From Escherichia virus TH47: a DNA stretch of 64,000 nucleotides. Where the stretch lies: sequence record MT446416.1. One strand, 5' to 3'. The notes under the pieces were generated by a model. The model saw only the letters and a list, made by a program, of their open reading frames with translations. It was not told the DNA's origin and did no database searches. Shown here piece after piece: positions 15,655-25,648 of the stretch (the first letter of the stretch is position 1; each line of letters opens with the position of its first letter). A program made the position numbers and the translations under genes.

Positions 15655-16824
15655 ATGTTACCTTTTGTTAGAATGTTTGATTATGGGAATGTAGCACCTG
15701 CACCACCGAAATTTAAAAAAATACTCACCAATAACTACAACGTTGCAGTTTTAACAAGCAGTGGGGATTTATATGTACGTGGGAATAATCAAAACGGTCA
15801 ATTGGGTTTAGGTCACAAAGAAAAAGTTACTACATGGACGTTTAGTACTTCTGGTGTTCAAGATTTTTGGTTTGGTAGTTCAACACTAGTGGTTAAAAAA
15901 ACCGATGATGAAATATGGTACAGTGGACAGTCAACCTCTGTTGGTATGCCAGGGGCATCTGTATCGGGGTGGACTTCTGCCATGCCGACATTCAATACAT
16001 TAACATTACCAATATTAGATATGGCAGTTAGTAATCAGACTACAAGTGTATTACTATCAGACCGAACAATATGGAGTACTGGGGTAGGAAGTAATGGTCA
16101 ATTGGGTAATGGAACTGCGACGAACAACATTTCAGGTAAATTCGTCAAAAGTACTGTTTCGACAGAAGAAGAACAATTACCAGTTAAATTGTTTGCCAGT
16201 AATTTAATGCATGGATATGTTACCGAGAACGGCTGGTTATACTACACTGGGCAACCCAATGCAGTTAGCACTAATGGCAGTGCGGTATATAGTGTTTATA
16301 CTAGTGCTCCTATTAGTCTAAGGAATACCATTAATATCAAGTACTATACAAATAATGGAACTTCGATGGCGATGGCTATTGGTACAGATCCAAATGGTAA
16401 GACCGTACTTGCTAATGGTGGCCCTAGGATATTTGGTGCACAGGCTGACGGAGTAAATGGTCAACTAAGTAATATTAGGCCATTTGCTGTTCAAACCGAA
16501 TCATTGATGCCTCCTGGGGATTTGGTAAGTATTGCTCATAATACTTCATATTATAACCAAGTTATTGCTACAACAGATGGTATATATTGTTGCGGCTACA
16601 ACCAATCTACACACGCTGGTATGTTAGGCATTGGTACATCTACTAACGCATTAGTATATACCAAAGCAATCGTACCTGATGGTTTTGATTATAGTAAATC
16701 GCAAATGGCAGGTGAGTATAACCGTACTTATATAACTGATGGTAATTTTGTATATAGTACAGGGACAGATGTCACATATGGTGGCATTAATAGCTTAGAA
16801 TTTGTAATAGATTCACCATTATAA
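15655..16824 (+). CDS. RCC1-like repeat protein, paralog 2
   Basis: 389 aa; MLPFVRMFDYGN; NGQLGLG / NGQLGNG motifs. Confidence 0.75.
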   Translation: MLPFVRMFDYGNVAPAPPKFKKILTNNYNVAVLTSSGDLYVRGNNQNGQLGLGHKEKVTTWTFSTSGVQDFWFGSSTLVVKKTDDEIWYSGQSTSVGMPGASVSGWTSAMPTFNTLTLPILDMAVSNQTTSVLLSDRTIWSTGVGSNGQLGNGTATNNISGKFVKSTVSTEEEQLPVKLFASNLMHGYVTENGWLYYTGQPNAVSTNGSAVYSVYTSAPISLRNTINIKYYTNNGTSMAMAIGTDPNGKTVLANGGPRIFGAQADGVNGQLSNIRPFAVQTESLMPPGDLVSIAHNTSYYNQVIATTDGIYCCGYNQSTHAGMLGIGTSTNALVYTKAIVPDGFDYSKSQMAGEYNRTYITDGNFVYSTGTDVTYGGINSLEFVIDSPL

Positions 16825-16832
16825 AAAGAAAA

Positions 16833-16862
16833 GCCAGTACTTGATACTGGCTTTTCTTTTTG
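16833..16862 (+). terminator. rho-independent terminator
   Basis: GCCAGTACTTGATACTGGC hairpin + TTTTCTTTT. Confidence 0.65.
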
Positions 16863-16897
16863 TATTAAATATAGTATAATGAATAAAGGAGGGAATT

Positions 16898-18007
16898 ATG
16901 TTACCTTTTGTTAGAATGTTTGATTACGGGAATATTGCACCTGAAGCTCCAAAGATAAAGAAAGTACTGTGCGGTCGTGATAATTTGTACGTCCTCTATG
17001 GCGATGGCTCACTTTATGGTTGTGGGGATAATGCGTATTTTCAGTTAAACGTTAAAAATGCAGCAACAAGAAATACTTGGATATTAATTTCAGAAGGTGT
17101 TACTGATGTATGGGCTGGGGCGTACAATATTCTTTATCTCAAGGGTGAAGAATTCATAATGCATGGAGTTACCACACAATTAGGCACAGGAGATACTATG
17201 ATTCCGTTGGGTGGTTTGAATGTTACTTCTTCATTTCCACATATATCTAATATTAAAATGATATCAATTGGTGCAGATACAATGCACTACGTTGATGCTA
17301 GTGGTTCGATTGTTTATGGTAGAGGCATGAATGGTAACTATTCACTCGGTGGTGGGTATTCCACGGCTCAGAGTACTTTTGTTTCAGTTATTAATACCGG
17401 AGCTAATACAGTCCTTGATATATTGGGTACACAGAATAACACATTAATATTAACATCAAATGGTGAACTTCTCGGTTGTGGGAGTAGTGGGTATGGTTCA
17501 CTTGGCGTAAGTCCAGGACAGTATACTACACTAGTAAGCAGGTTAACCAGTGTTAAACTGTTTGGTGGTAACAGTACTGGTACTCTTGCTTATTCAGCCA
17601 GCAATATATACAACGCAGGTTGGCAGTATGTTGGTCAACTTGGTAACGGTATTACAACGAACACACTACTATATCCATTTGCATTAAACTCCACTACTAT
17701 TGATAGTAAGATACATAAAATATCAAAATCAAGTACAACTTCACGTGTTAATATGTACGCAACAACCGAAGGAAAGATATATAGTACTGGTGAATTTGGT
17801 AGAAATGGTTCTGGTGGTAGTTTGAGTAGATTCACCAATACACTAACTTTAGATAATTACAACCCAGAAAAATCAGCATTATACACATGTGCAAATTTTA
17901 GTATAGTATTTGATGGTAATAATCAAATTTATGCTTGTGGTTCTTTTTTGTATGTGCCAGGTCCTATTACCACGAACTCATGGTCTGCAATTACAATGCC
18001 GAAATGA
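16898..18007 (+). CDS. RCC1-like repeat protein, paralog 3
   Basis: 369 aa; MLPFVRMFDYGN; upstream TATAAT-AAGGAGG cassette. Confidence 0.7.
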   Translation: MLPFVRMFDYGNIAPEAPKIKKVLCGRDNLYVLYGDGSLYGCGDNAYFQLNVKNAATRNTWILISEGVTDVWAGAYNILYLKGEEFIMHGVTTQLGTGDTMIPLGGLNVTSSFPHISNIKMISIGADTMHYVDASGSIVYGRGMNGNYSLGGGYSTAQSTFVSVINTGANTVLDILGTQNNTLILTSNGELLGCGSSGYGSLGVSPGQYTTLVSRLTSVKLFGGNSTGTLAYSASNIYNAGWQYVGQLGNGITTNTLLYPFALNSTTIDSKIHKISKSSTTSRVNMYATTEGKIYSTGEFGRNGSGGSLSRFTNTLTLDNYNPEKSALYTCANFSIVFDGNNQIYACGSFLYVPGPITTNSWSAITMPK

Positions 18008-18021
18008 TACTATAAAACTAT

Positions 18022-18051
18022 GCCAGTACTTGATACTGGCTTTTCTTTTTG
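18022..18051 (+). terminator. rho-independent terminator
   Basis: same GCCAGTACTTGATACTGGC hairpin + T-run. Confidence 0.65.
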
Positions 18052-18085
18052 ATTAAATATAGTATAAAGAATAAAGGAGGGAATT

Positions 18086-19243
18086 ATGTTACCTTTTGCT
18101 AGAATGGTTAAGTACGGAAATAGAGTTCCAGTACCTGTTGGGATTAAGAAGATAAACTCTGTCGGTACTAGTCAGATGATATTGACGAATACAGGCGACG
18201 TGTATGCATATGGTCAAAACACCAACTGGAGATTTGGTAGTGGTAGTTCTAGTGAGATTAGTGGGGGAGTTCCACAGATGGTAATGCAGGGTGTATCGGA
18301 TATGATATGTCATCCCAGATGTACATTATTAATAATGTCTGATGGACGTTATCTTGCTGCTGGGAACTCTACAGTACTGGGAGGTAGTTCAGGATTGAAT
18401 TATGTAGATGTTAGTTCTAAGTTCGCTACATTAGGAACTATCAAGAAAATTGATTTTACCCGAAGGAACAGTACTTCGTATACAGTATATGCATTAAACA
18501 CTGATGGTGATTTATATGGTATTGGATATGGAAACCGTGGTCAATTGGGGTTAGGTAAAAATAATAGTTTAGGTGCATTTACGAAGATAAACACCAATTG
18601 CAGGAATTTTGTAAGTTGTTCTTATGAGACGATAGTGGCTCTTAAGAATGATAATACTGCGTGGTTCTGTGGAAATTATTCGTTTATTAGTGGTAATACT
18701 GATGTTACTACATTTACTAACCTTGGTGATACTGCAATACTTAATATCTACGGTAATGGTTTAAATGGTGAGTTGTTATACACAAAAAGTGATGGTTTAT
18801 ATTTCCGTGGTTTAGCGTCGAACCGATATGGTTATTCATTCAGTTTAGAACAGCGTGCAATTAATAGCAAGATTACATTGCCGTTTGCTTATGATGTAAG
18901 TACGTTTAAGATTCTCACAGATGAACAGACAACAACCGTCAGTGTGTGGATTTCCAATTCAGACGTTCATTATGGGGTTGGTGCAAATAGCAGTAACACT
19001 AACAGAATGGGATTCACCAACCCAACTATGCCAGGTGCTGGTTCAAACTTTACATTACAGGATTTCAGTTCAGTGCAGGGCACTATTGAGACTGTTGTTA
19101 GTGCAAGTTATTATACAACTCTTATAAACTCTAATGGGAAAGTATTTGGCAGTGGGCCTTTTGATGATGATTCTTTAACTTATTTTCCTGGGAATAATCC
19201 AAAACTGATGAACTACACAGAAATTAAATTGAATATAAATTAG
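18086..19243 (+). CDS. RCC1-like repeat protein, paralog 4
   Basis: 385 aa; MLPFARMVKYGN; NRGQLGLG. Confidence 0.7.
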   Translation: MLPFARMVKYGNRVPVPVGIKKINSVGTSQMILTNTGDVYAYGQNTNWRFGSGSSSEISGGVPQMVMQGVSDMICHPRCTLLIMSDGRYLAAGNSTVLGGSSGLNYVDVSSKFATLGTIKKIDFTRRNSTSYTVYALNTDGDLYGIGYGNRGQLGLGKNNSLGAFTKINTNCRNFVSCSYETIVALKNDNTAWFCGNYSFISGNTDVTTFTNLGDTAILNIYGNGLNGELLYTKSDGLYFRGLASNRYGYSFSLEQRAINSKITLPFAYDVSTFKILTDEQTTTVSVWISNSDVHYGVGANSSNTNRMGFTNPTMPGAGSNFTLQDFSSVQGTIETVVSASYYTTLINSNGKVFGSGPFDDDSLTYFPGNNPKLMNYTEIKLNIN

Positions 19244-19255
19244 GAGAGAATAATT

Positions 19256-20416
19256 ATGTTACCTTTTGCTAGAATGGTTAAGTACGGAAACATTGCACCA
19301 TCCCCTGCTGCCATTAAAAAATTAGTTACCGGATATAACTGGGTTATGGTATTGGGTAGTAATGGTAAATTATATACCCGTGGTGCCAATTCAAGTGGTC
19401 AGTTGGGTTTAGGAGACAATACAGCCAGAACATCATGGACATTAACTGCATCGGATGTCATTGATGTATGGTGTGGTCAGTATGCCACAATGATTCACAA
19501 ATCAGATGGTACATATCAATACACAGGGAAACAATACAATGTGTGTATGGGTACATCATCTGTTAATGCATGGACTTCTATGCAAACTCTTATTAATCAA
19601 GTTAATTCTCAAGGAACAATTACAGAAATATCACTAGGAAATAACTTCATTTCAATACTTATGAGTAATGGGACCATTTGGTGTGGTGGTTATAACACAG
19701 GAGGACAGCTTGGCAATGCTTCTTATTCTAACAGTTTTACTACATTAGTAAAATCAATTATACCAAGTGGTGCGGTTCCGAAAAGGATTATTGCAGGTAT
19801 AAACATGTGTTCATTTATTGCCGAAAGTGGTAGATTATATTACACAGGTGAAGTTAATGGTGATACTAACAGTACTTCAACCGTGAGTTTTTATAATGTA
19901 TTCACATTGTCAGATAGATTACCAGCAACTGTTAGTACTATAGCATTTATAAGTACTGTTAATGATATGGTGCAAGGTATTGCAAGAAACAAAAGCACGT
20001 CAGTTGTTTCAGTGTACACAGGTGGTGATCAATTATATGGACAGGCTGCTACTGGTACTGATACTACAACAAAAATATTGACAACTGTTGTGGCAAATCA
20101 ACCACAAGGAAATATATTAGATATAGGATATGGGTACGGATATTACTCTAACTTTGTTATTACTGACACAGGTGTATACGTTGCTGGTAATAACTCAGCG
20201 ACTTCATACTATGGACAATTAAGTACAGGTTCAACTACTAACGTATTAACTTACACTAAGTCTATTACTCCTGATTTAAATTTCAATGATGTTAAAATCC
20301 AAAGTTGCTATGGTAAAACATATATGACAGATGGAAACAAAATATATTCAAGTGGTACTAACCTAGTATCTGGTGGTACTGCTAGTACTATATTTGTTGA
20401 AGATTCACCAATTTAA
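19256..20416 (+). CDS. RCC1-like repeat protein, paralog 5
   Basis: 386 aa; MLPFARMVKYGN; 12-nt spacer from paralog 4 (co-transcribed). Confidence 0.75.
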   Translation: MLPFARMVKYGNIAPSPAAIKKLVTGYNWVMVLGSNGKLYTRGANSSGQLGLGDNTARTSWTLTASDVIDVWCGQYATMIHKSDGTYQYTGKQYNVCMGTSSVNAWTSMQTLINQVNSQGTITEISLGNNFISILMSNGTIWCGGYNTGGQLGNASYSNSFTTLVKSIIPSGAVPKRIIAGINMCSFIAESGRLYYTGEVNGDTNSTSTVSFYNVFTLSDRLPATVSTIAFISTVNDMVQGIARNKSTSVVSVYTGGDQLYGQAATGTDTTTKILTTVVANQPQGNILDIGYGYGYYSNFVITDTGVYVAGNNSATSYYGQLSTGSTTNVLTYTKSITPDLNFNDVKIQSCYGKTYMTDGNKIYSSGTNLVSGGTASTIFVEDSPI

Positions 20417-20423
20417 AATAATG

Positions 20424-20452
20424 CCAGTACTCTGTACTGGTATTCTTATTTG
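20424..20452 (+). terminator. rho-independent terminator
   Basis: CCAGTACTCTGTACTGG hairpin + T-rich tract. Confidence 0.55.
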
Positions 20453-20486
20453 TATTAAATATAGTATAATGAATAAAGGAGGAATT

Positions 20487-21623
20487 ATGTTACCTTTTGC
20501 AAGAATGGTTAAGTACGGGAATATAAAAGTAAAGAGTACTATCCAAAAAGTTATCCTTGGTGGTGGTGGTCAATGTGTGGTAACATTACTCAGTGATGGT
20601 AGAGTGTATGGACGTGGTTACAACACTACACATGGGTTAGGTACTGGTACAACAACATTCGTAAGTGATTGGGTATTAATGGGCGATAATATTGTTGATA
20701 TCCATTCAAATGGTGTTCCTGGCACATTCCTTATCACCAAAGAAAATAGAATTTTGTATTCTGGTTGGGCGACACCAATCAATGGTACAACTGCACATTA
20801 TACACGTTTCACTGATTTAACATCAACTGTATTTGCTGCGGTGGATGTTAGTAATATTAAAACAATTACTGGAAATATTAATGCTACAATGGTCCTGTTG
20901 AATGATGGTTCTCTTTATGGTAGTGGTGCAAATACAGGTGTTATTGGTAATGGTAGAAATGTTGCATTATCAACACAAACATATGTAACTAATGATGTGA
21001 GAGAAGTAAAAACATATGGATCCATGACTACTATAACAAAAAATAACAATCAAATACTGGGTAGTGGTCTTTTATACCACGGCGTGAACGGTACAAATTC
21101 AATAATAAACACGTCTTCATATACATTACTGTACACATTACCGAGTTCTGATTGTTTTCAATTTGCATTTGATGAATATACATTTGGATATGTTGACCCT
21201 AGCACTAATACTTCTTATATAAGAGGTATACCAATAAATGGTTCATTGGGTAATGGTGTTACTAATAATACAGCAGTTACAACATGGGTTACTAAAGTTT
21301 GGAATACACCAATTGATAGTTCTATACCTAATAAATCACATACACTTAACCATGTCTCCTTGTTCAATGATGGAAACTTATGGACAACTGGTGCATCTAA
21401 TGTCGGTTATTCCAATGGTACAAATAGCACAACAGCTAATACTTGGACCAGTTCATCTAATTTACCATTCAACACCAATAACATCACAGACTATGCGTTG
21501 GGTAGTAATATTACTGTGGTGGTAATCGACTACAGGTCTATGTACATACTAGCTAACAACTTAATTGCTGGAACTACATCAACCACTTACAAATTTGAGC
21601 CATATAATTCTCCACCAGTTTAA
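20487..21623 (+). CDS. RCC1-like repeat protein, paralog 6
   Basis: conserved start MLPFARMVKYGN at 20487 after AAGGAGG; ORF-track extension to 20373 rejected. Confidence 0.7.
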   Translation: MLPFARMVKYGNIKVKSTIQKVILGGGGQCVVTLLSDGRVYGRGYNTTHGLGTGTTTFVSDWVLMGDNIVDIHSNGVPGTFLITKENRILYSGWATPINGTTAHYTRFTDLTSTVFAAVDVSNIKTITGNINATMVLLNDGSLYGSGANTGVIGNGRNVALSTQTYVTNDVREVKTYGSMTTITKNNNQILGSGLLYHGVNGTNSIINTSSYTLLYTLPSSDCFQFAFDEYTFGYVDPSTNTSYIRGIPINGSLGNGVTNNTAVTTWVTKVWNTPIDSSIPNKSHTLNHVSLFNDGNLWTTGASNVGYSNGTNSTTANTWTSSSNLPFNTNNITDYALGSNITVVVIDYRSMYILANNLIAGTTSTTYKFEPYNSPPV

Positions 21624-21629
21624 TATAAT

Positions 21630-21658
21630 GCCAGTACTTGAGTACTGGCTTTTCTTTT
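21630..21658. terminator. bidirectional terminator
   Basis: GCCAGTACTTGAGTACTGGC hairpin flanked by T-run, between convergent genes. Confidence 0.6.
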
Positions 21659-22307
21659 ACATATTATATAATGTGAATGCAGTCACTTTACCAGTTGTTG
21701 TTAGTTCATTATAAAGATACTCCAAGATTCTCGCACACTCTAAGTATATCTCGATATCATCATGAATAAGTGAGTACTGGAATAGCTGTTCTTCAGATAA
21801 TTTGTATTGACTCCCTCTTAATGAATTGAGAATATCTTTCACATCATCAAGTACTGGGTAAAGTACGAAATCTTCATCATATTTTGAAGCAATAAATTCA
21901 AATCCACCACCATCAGTACTAGATATACCAATCAGTACTTTATCAATCAAGTTAATGTTTATATAACGGTTGTGATTTGGGTGAATTGAAATCTCAAACA
22001 TACGAGTACTGTTACAATCAACATCAATATACAAATATACATCATTGAATTTATAAGTTAAGCAACCATACTCAATGTAATCAGAGCAAATAATTGATGA
22101 ATTTTTTCTCGTCTCTGCGTAATGCATATTGATATTCTTTTTACGCATAAGTAATTCGAACTTTGCACTAAACTTACCACCAGTAAGATAATTAGTATTA
22201 GGACGTTTGTAACTGGCAACTGGCCTATGGGATGATGAAAAGTATCTTTTTGTGAATCGTTTCTGTTTAGTGAAATATTCTTGATAGAACTTATTTCTTT
22301 TATTCAT
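21657..22307 (-). CDS. long leader-family protein (216 aa)
   Basis: start MNKRNKFYQEYF at 22307 with GAGG RBS; C-terminal domain paralogous to 12068..12739 and FQYS family. Confidence 0.6.
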   Translation of the reverse strand: MNKRNKFYQEYFTKQKRFTKRYFSSSHRPVASYKRPNTNYLTGGKFSAKFELLMRKKNINMHYAETRKNSSIICSDYIEYGCLTYKFNDVYLYIDVDCNSTRMFEISIHPNHNRYININLIDKVLIGISSTDGGGFEFIASKYDEDFVLYPVLDDVKDILNSLRGSQYKLSEEQLFQYSLIHDDIEIYLECARILEYLYNELTTTGKVTAFTLYNM

Positions 22308-22385
22308 GAGTGCCTCAATTAAATTGCTGTAAAATTGTACGTTATAAAATGAGTAAATAAAGTATAACACAAGGAGATTTTTATT

Positions 22386-23510
22386 ATGTTACCTTTCGTA
22401 TTGTTATTTGATTATGGGAACGAAAAACAAGAAAGTTCTTATGATGTTAGTGTATATGGAAACAATAACTACATTTTAAATAAACAAACTGGAAACCTTT
22501 TTGCATCTGGTGCTGCGGCATTTATGGGTGATAACACCGTTAAGTATTATATTACCCAAATCGAATCAAATGTTCATAGCTGTGAGATAGGCTTCCTATC
22601 ATCATGGATAATTAAGAAGGACAAAACTGTTTTCATTTTAGGAAACAAAAGTTCAATTGGTCTAACCGATTCGACCACATCATGGTTTGAAATTACAAAT
22701 TTATTTTCTGCTGTTCCTGAAATATGGGACAACCTATTTGAATGTAAAGTTCAATTGGGATATAACTGCATACGTGTTATGACACCACTAGGTTCAATCT
22801 ATGCGATTGGCACAAACACTTATGGTGCATTGGGTACTGGTACTACATCCTCATCAACTTCGTTCGTTAAAAGTGGTGCTGTGGATGCTGTACGCATGGA
22901 ATCAACTGAACGTTCAGTTTTCTATCAAAACAGTTCTGGAAAATGGTTTGGATGTGGTGATAACACATATGGTATACTAGGTCTAGGAACTACCGCCAGT
23001 CGTGTAAACTCATACACCGCACCAGTATGGACTAATGCAGAAGCTGTTAGCTTCTCTAACCGTGGTATCATATACAGCCTCAATGGTACTCTATACTCAT
23101 GTGGTGACAAAGTTAATGGTCAGCTAGGGGATGGATATACACAAAGCATAGACGCTGCCAGGAGCACACCATACACCATAGGAACCGCATTCCAAATTGG
23201 TAAGGCAATAACATCAGCTACACAAGCATCAGCCAACGTATTCATTGGTAAAGATAATAAGTTCTATGGTACTGGTAGTATTGCTGCTGGTATAAATGGT
23301 AGTGCTAGTGCTACATTAAGTAAAGTTACTGCGTTATCAGCATCACTACCACCTGACATTACATACAATGATATTATAACATTTAATACAGGGACCGTAA
23401 CTTTTATTCAAGCAAAAGGACAACTATATTATGTTGGTAGAAGAACTTACATAGATAATAGTTCAGACGTTACCACACAGTTCAGTTTAATTGGTGGCTT
23501 AGATAATTAA
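22386..23510 (+). CDS. RCC1-like repeat protein, paralog 7
   Basis: 374 aa; MLPFVLLFDYGN; YGALGTG / YGILGLG / NGQLGDG. Confidence 0.7.
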   Translation: MLPFVLLFDYGNEKQESSYDVSVYGNNNYILNKQTGNLFASGAAAFMGDNTVKYYITQIESNVHSCEIGFLSSWIIKKDKTVFILGNKSSIGLTDSTTSWFEITNLFSAVPEIWDNLFECKVQLGYNCIRVMTPLGSIYAIGTNTYGALGTGTTSSSTSFVKSGAVDAVRMESTERSVFYQNSSGKWFGCGDNTYGILGLGTTASRVNSYTAPVWTNAEAVSFSNRGIIYSLNGTLYSCGDKVNGQLGDGYTQSIDAARSTPYTIGTAFQIGKAITSATQASANVFIGKDNKFYGTGSIAAGINGSASATLSKVTALSASLPPDITYNDIITFNTGTVTFIQAKGQLYYVGRRTYIDNSSDVTTQFSLIGGLDN

Positions 23511-23517
23511 AATTAAT

Positions 23518-23548
23518 CCAGTACTATAATAGTACTGGATTTTTTATT
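23518..23548. terminator. bidirectional terminator
   Basis: CCAGTACTATAATAGTACTGG hairpin + T6. Confidence 0.6.
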
Positions 23549-23918
23549 ATAACATACGTTTTTTACGAATAGTATTGTGGATATTTTTTAAGTAGTTCAC
23601 ACCTTTACACAACCCATAAAATACACCAGCACATACACCAAATACAGGTATCATACATGCAAACATCGTTATCAATTCCCACATCTCCATGCCATCTTGA
23701 TTCGGTCCAAGGTCAAAGATAACAACCGAAACCAAACCTGTGATACTTAGCATATAATATGCCATGAAGATAAAAAAAGAAACAATACCAACATCAGAGC
23801 GAACTGAATTTAGCATATTATATACTGGGGTTACACAGAAGTAATACAATAACCAAACCAAAGAGCCTAAACTAAACACAATAATAGTAATGATCGAAAA
23901 TATTTCACGATAACTCAT
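23547..23918 (-). CDS. small polytopic membrane protein, family member 1
   Basis: 123 aa, 3-4 hydrophobic helices, basic C-terminal tail. Confidence 0.6.
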   Translation of the reverse strand: MSYREIFSIITIIVFSLGSLVWLLYYFCVTPVYNMLNSVRSDVGIVSFFIFMAYYMLSITGLVSVVIFDLGPNQDGMEMWELITMFACMIPVFGVCAGVFYGLCKGVNYLKNIHNTIRKKRML

Positions 23919-23919
23919 T

Positions 23920-24282
23920 TTAGTTCCTCTTACCTAAACGCTCATGGATTTCGGAAATCTTATTATACATCCACGCCATCAACTCAACGGATGCACAGAG
24001 AATAACCACACACAGTGTTAGTGAACATACCATAATACCAAATGTTATAAAATTCAAACTCGATGTTAATAATGCAACCAGCATTAGAATAAAACCAAAA
24101 TTGAATGCTGTACTCAACACAGTATATGCTGGACTATATCTCCTTTGTATTACATCATATATATTTGATAATGGTCGCTTATGGAAGTACTTCCCAATGC
24201 ACACGAATGCATTCAGTGAGAAGATAAATGTATACGCCATTACCATTAATTGACCAATAAAAGATAATTCAATATTATTCAT
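23920..24282 (-). CDS. small polytopic membrane protein, family member 2
   Basis: 120 aa; 1-nt gap to neighbour. Confidence 0.6.
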   Translation of the reverse strand: MNNIELSFIGQLMVMAYTFIFSLNAFVCIGKYFHKRPLSNIYDVIQRRYSPAYTVLSTAFNFGFILMLVALLTSSLNFITFGIMVCSLTLCVVILCASVELMAWMYNKISEIHERLGKRN

Positions 24283-24283
24283 G

Positions 24284-24655
24284 TTATCCTCGTTTGCGGT
24301 ATTTGATGCTTTGGTGCATTCTCTGAAAATGTGGAACTAATACATATTGTACGGTTTGCCAAATTACCATCAGATTATGGACAGCACCACCGAGTAGACC
24401 AAACATTAGACAGATAATTACCAGTACTGGATCACCATCTACCATACCCCATTTGAATATATGTAAAATCCATACAGTGATAAGTAGTAATAAACTAATC
24501 CAATACGTAGTAAAAAATCCCGCATGTAATTCATAATCATCAGCAATTTCATCGTATACGGTTTCCAAGAAGGATACACAGAAGAACTTGCCAATAATAA
24601 CAATTGTACTAATAAACAACATAGCAGTTAATATAATAAGTGCAATTTCCATCAC
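24284..24655 (-). CDS. small polytopic membrane protein, family member 3
   Basis: 123 aa. Confidence 0.6.
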   Translation of the reverse strand: MMEIALIILTAMLFISTIVIIGKFFCVSFLETVYDEIADDYELHAGFFTTYWISLLLLITVWILHIFKWGMVDGDPVLVIICLMFGLLGGAVHNLMVIWQTVQYVLVPHFQRMHQSIKYRKRG

Positions 24656-24966
24656 ATCCCTCGTTTACGCTTTTGATTGCGTCTAAATTCGGTTAGCCCA
24701 CGAATAATCGGTGGCATCAGACTACATAAAAAAATAACAGTTGTTGGCAATAACATGAAGTCAATCATTGCTGTATTAACAGGTGGATCACATACCAAAT
24801 AATACAAACACGTAATACTAATTATGGTTGACCCAATAAAAAGAATACAAAATTCTTTTATCTGTTTTTCAACATAATCAAACATCTTCAATACAAATAA
24901 AAATCCAACCCAACACATAATAAAATAGAATGAATACAACGTGTAAATCAATGTTACGATATCCAT
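24652..24966 (-). CDS. small polytopic membrane protein, family member 4
   Basis: 104 aa; ATGA overlap. Confidence 0.6.
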   Translation of the reverse strand: MDIVTLIYTLYSFYFIMCWVGFLFVLKMFDYVEKQIKEFCILFIGSTIISITCLYYLVCDPPVNTAMIDFMLLPTTVIFLCSLMPPIIRGLTEFRRNQKRKRGM

Positions 24967-25304
24967 TAGTACCTCGCATCAGGAACTTTAGAACGCAATT
25001 TATGAACGGCTGGGATCAACAACAAACTTACATATGCAATAGTTGAACCCCAATAGAATACTAATATAATTGGTTCACCATTAGAACGTAAACCTCTACT
25101 AATCATTGAGTAGTGAATAATAGGCATAAACATCGCCATAAAAAACCATGCGTGTAATTTTAATTGCAGCATGTTATCAGAGATGAATACTGAAATTGGT
25201 CGTTTAAAGAACCACATCAGAAAGTAGAACCCAGCACTAACAATATAGTACATAGTACTAACTTTCATATACCACGGCATTAAGTGTAAAAAATATTCCA
25301 TCAT
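24966..25304 (-). CDS. small polytopic membrane protein, family member 5
   Basis: 112 aa; W(F/Y)FK(R/K) motif after first helix. Confidence 0.6.
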   Translation of the reverse strand: MMEYFLHLMPWYMKVSTMYYIVSAGFYFLMWFFKRPISVFISDNMLQLKLHAWFFMAMFMPIIHYSMISRGLRSNGEPIILVFYWGSTIAYVSLLLIPAVHKLRSKVPDARY

Positions 25305-25648
25305 TCCTCCGGTATCTTGTTTCGAAGTTCAATCATAACACAACAAAGTTTAATGAACAAGTAAAAAACTACACATATCATACCTATGGTTCCATAAACG
25401 ACTGAAAAAGCTGGTAGTGCTTTTCCGGCGAGAACAGCCACAACACATGCTATAAATGTTGATGCAAACAATGATTGATTAATGAAAGAATTCATAAAAT
25501 CTTCACCATTACGCTTATAGAATTGTCGTTTAAAATACCATCCTAGAAACATAACTACCCAAAATGTTACATAACCTGTTAGAATAATCCCTGCAATTGA
25601 ATGTGCAACAGAACTACTCTTTAAAAACTCAAGATAAGATTCAAACAT
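25301..25648 (-). CDS. small polytopic membrane protein, family member 6
   Basis: 115 aa. Confidence 0.6.
   Translation of the reverse strand: MFESYLEFLKSSSVAHSIAGIILTGYVTFWVVMFLGWYFKRQFYKRNGEDFMNSFINQSLFASTFIACVVAVLAGKALPAFSVVYGTIGMICVVFYLFIKLCCVMIELRNKIPEE

Noticed and set aside
20373-20486. N-terminal extension of the sixth RCC1-like gene (ORF-track start 20373)
   Set aside because: The conserved start MLPFARMVKYGN with AAGGAGG RBS is at 20487; the extension runs through the terminator and promoter cassette.
14456-23510. RCC1-like paralogs as tail-fibre adhesins of the T-even gp38 type with glycine-rich motifs
   Set aside because: Length, sevenfold repeat pattern and multi-copy arrangement fit a propeller family better than a single gp38-like adhesin; not excluded, but unsupported.
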